Assembly (NCBI GenBank): GCA_964016885.1
Contig: OZ024758.1
Location: 17,174,001-17,238,000, forward strand
Direction of reading: 5' to 3'
From: Eledone cirrhosa
Taxonomy: Eukaryota
Length of the DNA: 64,000 bases
Under the pieces are notes generated by a model. The model was not told the origin of the DNA. It made no database searches and saw only the letters and a program-made list of their open reading frames with translations. Positions 57,014-64,000 of this stretch are shown piece after piece. The translations under genes were made by a program, and so were the position numbers. The stretch's first letter is position 1, and every line of letters begins with the position of its first letter.

Positions 57014-58653
57014 TCGGGAATAGTTGCTGAGATGCTGAAGGCATCAGGGGACGTAGGCACTAAACTGGTTGCACGCATCATCAATCAGGCTATATATGGT
57101 GGTGTCATACCAAAAGACTGGTGCAGCAGTATTCTCATAAATTGCTACAAAGGTAAAGGGGATGCTTTGGAGAGGAGCAATTATAGGGGTATAAAACTGA
57201 TAGATCAGATTATGAAAGTGGCAGAAAGGATTTTAGCACAACTAATTAGAGAAAGGGTCAAACTAGATGAGATGCAGTTTGGTTTTGTGCCTGGGAAGAG
57301 TACAACAGATGCCCTCTTCTTGGTGAGACAATTGCAAGAGAGGTTCTTAGAGAAGAATAAGCCACTATACTTAGCCTTTGTTGACCTAGAGAAGGCCTTT
57401 GATAGGGTACCCCGATCTGTCATCTGGTGCTCCCTAAGGAAGCTGGGTGTTGAGGAATGGCTTGTGAGGACAGTGCAAACTTTGTACAGAGGTACTCTCA
57501 GTAAAGTCAGGGTAGGAATGGAGTTTAGTGAGGAATTCCAGATACAAGTAGGAGTACATCAGGGTTCGGTCCTCAGCCCGCTCTTGTTCATTATAGTCTT
57601 CCAAGCCATAACAGAGGAGTTTAAGACTGGCTGTCCATGGGAACTTCTCTATGCTGACAATCTGGTTCTTATAGTAGAATCAGTAGAGGAGCTAGAGAAT
57701 AAATTCTGGCTATGGAAACAGCAATTGGAAGCAAGAGGACTGAGAGTGAATCTAGCTAAGACAAAAGTGTTGATGATTAGAAAAGAGGACAAAACCCTGA
57801 TTCCATCAGGGAAATGGCCATGTTCGATATGCAGAAAAGGAACTGGCATAAATTCTATAAAATGCACACAATGCAGATCCTGGGTACACAAGAGATGTAG
57901 CGGGATAGCAGGCAAACTAACAGGTAGGGAGAAATATGTATGCAGAAGATGTACAGGGAAATTAGACAGTAGAAGTCGCATTGATAGACACATTTTTCAA
58001 ATGCAGGAGGGCGCTATAGAAGTGGTGGATAGCTTCCGGTACCTAGGAGATCAGATTAGCATGGGAGGAGGGTGTTCCGAGGCCATAGTATCTAGAATAA
58101 GGACGGGTTGGAAGAAGTTTAGGGAGCTGCTTCCTCTGTTGATGAAGAAGGGTTTCTCCCTGCGTATGAAAGGCCGGTTGTATGATGCCTGTGTGAGGAG
58201 CGCGATGCTGCATGTTAGTGAGACATGGGCAGCAACTGCAGAGGATATGCGACGGCTGGAGAGAAATGAGGCAAGCATGCTCCGTTGGATGTGCAGTGTA
58301 AATGTGCATGAACAACCAAGCATAAATGTGTTGAGAGAGAAACTGTGTCTGAGAGGGATAGAATGTAGTGTACGGGAGAGGAGACTGAGGTGGTATGGAC
58401 ATGTGATGCGCATGGAGGATGACCGATGGGTGAAGAAGTGCCAGGAATTGTCAGTTGAAGGAAGACGTGGTAGAGGTAGACCACGAAAAACATGGGCGGA
58501 GGTGGTGAGAACAGACCTCAGATCATTGAAGCTCACGGTGGAGATGACGAGGGACCGTGACGAGTGGAGAGATGCTGTGCTGAATAAGACCCGTCCCACC
58601 CTTGCAAGCAGGGAAAAGCGGATGTAAAATGATGATGATGATGATGATGATGA
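57014..58653 (+). mobile_element. RTE-clade LINE, family C, 5'-truncated, no 3' UTR
   Basis: RT ORF to 58627 runs directly into (GAT)n. The catalytic YADD is mutated to YADN. The N-terminus of the listed ORF 56945.. is non-LINE flank. Confidence 0.95.
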
Positions 58654-58739
58654 TATATATACAGATATATACACCAAGCCTGAACCTAATATAACTATAC
58701 AATTGCCTCTTGTGTTTTGTTCATTCATTTTCAACTATA

Positions 58740-59600
58740 TATGAGAGGGGGGAGGTGAGAGAATACAAGACAGAGAGAGAGGGGGGAGAGGAGGGAGAGA
58801 GACAGAGAGGGGGGAGAAAGGGAGAGAGACATAGAGGGGGGAGAAAGGGAGGGACAGAGAGAGAAGAGGGGAGAGTGGGATAGAGAGGGGGGGGAAGAGT
58901 GGGAGAGAACACAAGACAGAGAGAGAGAGAAGGAGGGAGAAGGTGAGAGAAAGGGAGGATATGAGAGAATACAAGACAAAGAGAGAGAGTGGGGCAAGAG
59001 GGGGTGGTGAGAGAATACAAGACAGGGAGAGAGGGGGTGAGATGAGGTGGGGGGTGAGGGAGGGGGTGAGATGAGGGAGAGGGGGAAAGGGAGGGAGAGT
59101 GGGAGAGGGTGGAGGTGAGAAAAAGAGAGAGAGAGGTAGAGTATGTACATGTGTTGGGTGTGTATATGTGTATAGCCTCTGTATGTATATATATATGTAT
59201 GGCCTCTATATGTATGTGTATAGCCTCCGTATGTATATGTATGTGTATGGCCTCTGTATATATGTGTGTGTATAGCCTCCGTATGTATATGTATGTGTAT
59301 ATGGTCTCTGTACTTATGCTTATATGTATGGCCTGTATATGTATATGTATGGCTTCTTTATGTGTATGTGTATGGCATCTTTATGTATATGTATGTGTAT
59401 GGCCTCTATATGTATATGTATGTGTATAGCCTTTGTATATATATGTATGTGTATGGCCTCTGTATGTATATGTATGTGTATGGCCTCTGTTTGTATATGT
59501 ATAGCCTCTGTTTGTATATGTATATGTATAGCCTCTGTATATATATGTATATATGTATGCCCTTTGTACTTATGGTTATGTATATGTTCTCTGTATGTAT
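58740..59600. repeat. GA-rich purine tract followed by (TGTATA)n/GGCCTCTG minisatellite
   Basis: Visible directly. Confidence 0.85.
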
Positions 59601-60739
59601 GCATGAGACATATAGGGAAAAGGAGGGAAAGGTTAAGAATGAAAGGAAGAGAGAGAAAGAAAAAATATCGAATTTGTGGTTATGCCAAAATGGAGGTCAT
59701 ATCAAAGTTGAAGTTAGACTCAGGTGATGGAGACAATAAAATACCATCTGACCAAGTGTGAGGGTTTTATCTTTTTTCCTTTTGCTGCTCATATATTTTC
59801 TACTTTAAATTAATTCCCAATGGGTAACCCTTTCAAAACCAAATCACACGAGACCAACCATGGTTCTGTGTTACTAAGTTTGTTTTAAAGTGTTTATATA
59901 TGTCTAAAAATCTTCTATCATAATTTTATGTAAAACCCATTGTTATGTCCCTAGATGGTCTTCTTATCACCAACCATTTTTCTGTGCGTACTGGGAGTAT
60001 TTATAGTATCGACCACCAACACTAGAAAAGTTGCCATGCCTTTCATACAACAACAGAGTCCCTTTTGACCCTTTATTTGCATGGTTTCTACAGTTGGATG
60101 CCCTTCCTGTCATTAACCACTTTACAAGGCATATGTGGTGCATGGTTCATCTATCCAGCACTAGAGGGAGTAACCAGCTTAATCATTTAATGACCACATT
60201 TCTAATGAAAAATACTGCCTATGATTTTGAAGTCATTTTGAAAATAACCCATACTCTATAGGGTTTTAGCAGGGTTAGATTTAGGGCTTGTGGAGCCTGT
60301 GGCACTTCAGGTTTGTGGGCCCCCCCCCCCCCCCCCCATATATAAAAAATTAGAATACACAGCAAACCCCACAATTTTACATATCAAAGTTAGCTTGGTA
60401 CAAGTAATTGGAATTAAAAAGTTATACATATAGGAATTACATTCAAAAATTTAATCATCCTAAAACTAAAAAGCCCAGCTGAGGCCACAAATAAGAATGG
60501 GAGAGACAGAGGCAGTGACAGTGGATGTTTAGTTCCTTTGTGTTCAGAGCTGATGTATATGTCAATAGTTCACAGAGACACACTCACACAGGGCAGCTAT
60601 AAAACAGCTAAAAATTTCTGTTGTATCTTTTTGTAGACTTTGAAGTGTATTATATTAGTTTTCATGATTTGAAATTCTTTTCTAACGAAAAGAAGTTATA
60701 TTCCTTTCAAGAATAAAAAAAAAATGCTCTTCTTCTTTG

Positions 60740-61245
60740 CCCATGTATCTCTGAGAAGTTTATGAGGACAGAGTCCTCAAACACTCCCTCTAGTGGGTCC
60801 TATCAGAAGCAACCATCTCCAACTGATCCAGCTGGATCCCAAAGTATGACCAGCCAAGCTCATGGATGTTATCCAACCATCTTGCTCAGGGTCTACCCCT
60901 GGGTCTCCTACCTGTTAGTTTCACCCGTAAAATATGTCCAGCGATTCTTTCCTGAGACATTCTAACCATATGCCCATAGTATCAGAGCTGTGATCTCTCA
61001 ATTTGGAGAAGTAGCAGCTCTAGCTGGAGTAACTCTTTGATCTCTGAGTTACAAATCTGTCCAGTGATTCTTTCCTGAGACATTCTAACCATATGCCCAT
61101 AGTATCAGAGCTGTGATCTCTCAATTTGGAGAAGTAGCTGCTCTACCTGGAGTAACTCTCTGATCTCTGAGTTACAAATCTGTCCAGTGATTCTTTCCTG
61201 AGATATTCTAACCACAGCTCTGATACTATGGGCATGTGGCTAGAA
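60740..61245 (-). mobile_element. Old RTE (Expander-like) 3' fragment with ~122-bp tandem duplication and terminal inversion
   Basis: Minus strand reads LLLQIERSQL*YYGHMVRMSQERIA...GRRPRGRP. GATTCTTTCCTGAGA recurs at ~60943, 61066 and 61189. 61213-61245 is inverted. Confidence 0.7.
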
Positions 61246-63164
61246 AAAGAGAAATGTTTAAACAGAACACAAATGCATCAATCTTGCTGGTATAAGAGGA
61301 CTTGTGAGGGTCATAGGAACTTTATCTTTCTCCAGACCAGACCTTGTGAAAAATGTTCTGTCAATTCACATCAAAATAGTTACAGCAAATAACATTTTTT
61401 TTATTACATTAACAAAATTAAATTTAATCATGCCATAAACATTTTTGTTTTAATATTTTTTTTACAATTTGCTAAAAACAAAAAAGAAATGGCAACAAGA
61501 AATTTTACTATTTATTTTCTTTGGCCCATTTTACCATTATTTTTTTTTTACGTAATGAATATTATTTAGTGAAATGATTTAAATTTGCTATTGGTATTAT
61601 AATCAGATTAGAAAGAAACAAAACAAAAGCAGAAGCTACAACTAAACAAGATTTGAATATTAACAAGATATATTTTTCTATGTGATTTATGCAATATATG
61701 CTGTATACTTAAACTTAGATTACCAGAAGAAAGAAAAATGGCCTCTCAAGAAAAACACAAATGCCTTCAAAATATAGTTAAAGTTATATATTCTAGTAGT
61801 GGTAATAATGTGCTCCTTGGGGTGTTTGAGGACTTAGCCCCTACGACCCTCTAAGGGAAGAAGAAGAAGAAGCAGAAAAAGAAGAAGGCGAAGAAGGTGA
61901 AGAAGAAGAAGGCGAAGAAGGCGAAGAAGGCGAAGAAGAAGAAGAAGAAGAAGAAGAAGAAGAAGAAGAAGAAGAAGAAGGAGGAGGAGGAGAAGGAGAA
62001 GAAAGAGGAGAGAAAGATGAAGAAGATGTCAAAGAAGAAAGAAAAGGAAGGAGGGTGGTATAATGATGATTATGTAAAGACACAGGCTCAAGATAATACA
62101 ACATACCATGGGATTGAACTCAGGCCCTTAGGATTGCAAAACAAACTCCTTAACTTTACAGCTATGCCATTATAAAATAATTAGAGTGTTTTGTTCATTT
62201 AGCGTCAATTCTTCCATGCTTGCATGGGTTAGACGACTCTGTCCTTACGACGCCCTCAGAAATCAGTGTAAAGAAAAGAATTGATAGTGGGAGTTGATAA
62301 AATATAAAAAAATCATAAAAGTACTTGTTAACCAATTCGAAGTATTTATTTTCCCCAAAATCAAGTGATTAAAGCAAGGATTTAATAATTTGAAAAAAAA
62401 TTTACTTAAACTCATAAGAACTTGGAACATTTTCATTGTTGTAGTGAAGATTTAGGGAAGGGTACTTAACCCTTTACCATTTCCATTACTCTATATTTAC
62501 TATTGTATTTTCACAGTAAAGGCTTTACCTTACATAATCATCTCACATAACATTTCCATTACTCTATATTTACTATTGTATTTTAACAGTAAAGGCTTTA
62601 CCTCACATAATTATCCCACCCAATACTGAATCTATGAGATTTTGATATTATTGATTTTGAGAACAATACCTTAACATAGATATGAGTGGCTGGCTATAGC
62701 CGGTTTAAAGAGAAAGAGGTGAGAGAATTCTGGCTGGATATGGCCGGTTTAAATGCTAAAGGGTTAAAGAGAAAGAGGCGAGCGAATTCTGGCTGGATAT
62801 GGCTGGTTTAAATGCTAAAGGGTTAAATTAAATTATTTGATTGTACTTTCTAGTGAACGAGAACAATTGTTTCCATGGTAAACACTTTGTTTCACATAAA
62901 TATCTCACATAATACTGAATCTATGAGATTTTGATATTCTTTATTTTTAGAACAATACTTTAGCATCAGTATGATAAGCCAGAAACGGCCAGTTTCTATA
63001 GAGTGTGTTGAGAGAATTCTAGCTGGATATGATCGGTTTAAATGCTAAAGGGTTAAGGTTCTTACATGAAATTATGATGGAAGATTTTATAGAACCAGAG
63101 GCAGTTTGGTATGAAGATATTTTAAGAGATGCTGTGATAACTGCCCCTAATACAGTCCCAGCAT

Positions 63165-64000
63165 GGCCACCACTACATCAACATCTCCACACTCCATCAT
63201 CTACCACAACACCTCCACTATCACCATCACCATCACCATCACCACTATCACCACCACCAGCACCACCACCACCACAACTACCACTACATACAACATGTCT
63301 TCACCCACTACCACATCTCTACACTCACCACCCCTACCACATCAACATCTCCCCCCCTCATCACAACAACCACCACCACCACTACCACCACGACATCAAC
63401 ATCACCACAACCATCACCACACAACCACAACTACACCACCACCATCATCACCACCACCACAACACCACCTCCACTACACCATCACCACCACCACACAACC
63501 ACAACCACCACCACCACTTCAACCACCACCACCACCACCAGTACCATCACCTCCACCACCACCTTCACCACCAACAGCACCACACCACCACCTCTGCAAC
63601 ACCACCTCGACAACACCACCACCACACAACCCACCACCATCTCCACCACCAGCACCACCACACCACCACAACCATCACAACCACCACTACACCACCTCCA
63701 CCACCACCACCACCACACCATCACCACCATCACCACCACCACCACAACACCACCTCTGCAACACCACCTCCGCAACAACCCCCCACCCCCCCACCCCCCA
63801 CACAACCCACCAACACACCACCACCACCAACACACCACTAACATCTCCACCACCAACACACGACCACAACTACACCACCACAACTACACCACACCACCAC
63901 CAACACACCACCACAACTACACCACCAACACACCACCACCACCACACCACTACCATCTCCACCACCAACACACCACCACAACTACACCACCAACACACCA
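63165..64000. repeat. (CAC)n-derived low-complexity tract with internal duplication
   Basis: Visible directly. Confidence 0.9.

Noticed and set aside
63029-63841. 270-aa His/Pro/Thr ORF
   Set aside because: Starts inside a MITE end and is mostly (CAC)n. The short unique stretch (EPEAVWYEDILRDAV) is not enough to call an exon.

Overview
AT-rich, microsatellite-dense animal genomic DNA. The repeat repertoire (RTE LINEs with (GAT)n tails, tRNA-derived SINEs, very long (TA)n runs) looks like a coleoid cephalopod/octopus, but that is an inference. No host gene could be assembled with confidence, and nearly all listed ORFs are microsatellite artefacts. Real coding sequence is limited to 5'-truncated RTE-clade LINEs from three families. 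The window also holds two tRNA-derived SINE families, many TTAA-flanked piggyBac-type MITEs, one hAT/Charlie-type MITE and several satellites. The main hidden signal is RNA-level. A ~542-bp tandem repeat at 43.25-44.82 kb carries one type I hammerhead ribozyme per unit and resembles a retrozyme or non-autonomous Penelope-like element predicted to release ~542-544-nt monomer RNAs. At least five other sequence-unrelated hammerhead-bearing small elements are present. Most sit in (TA)n and share an inverted-arm + 70-90-nt tail architecture with a covarying (A/G)CTC...GAG(T/C) hairpin. All structures were folded by eye; nothing was computed.
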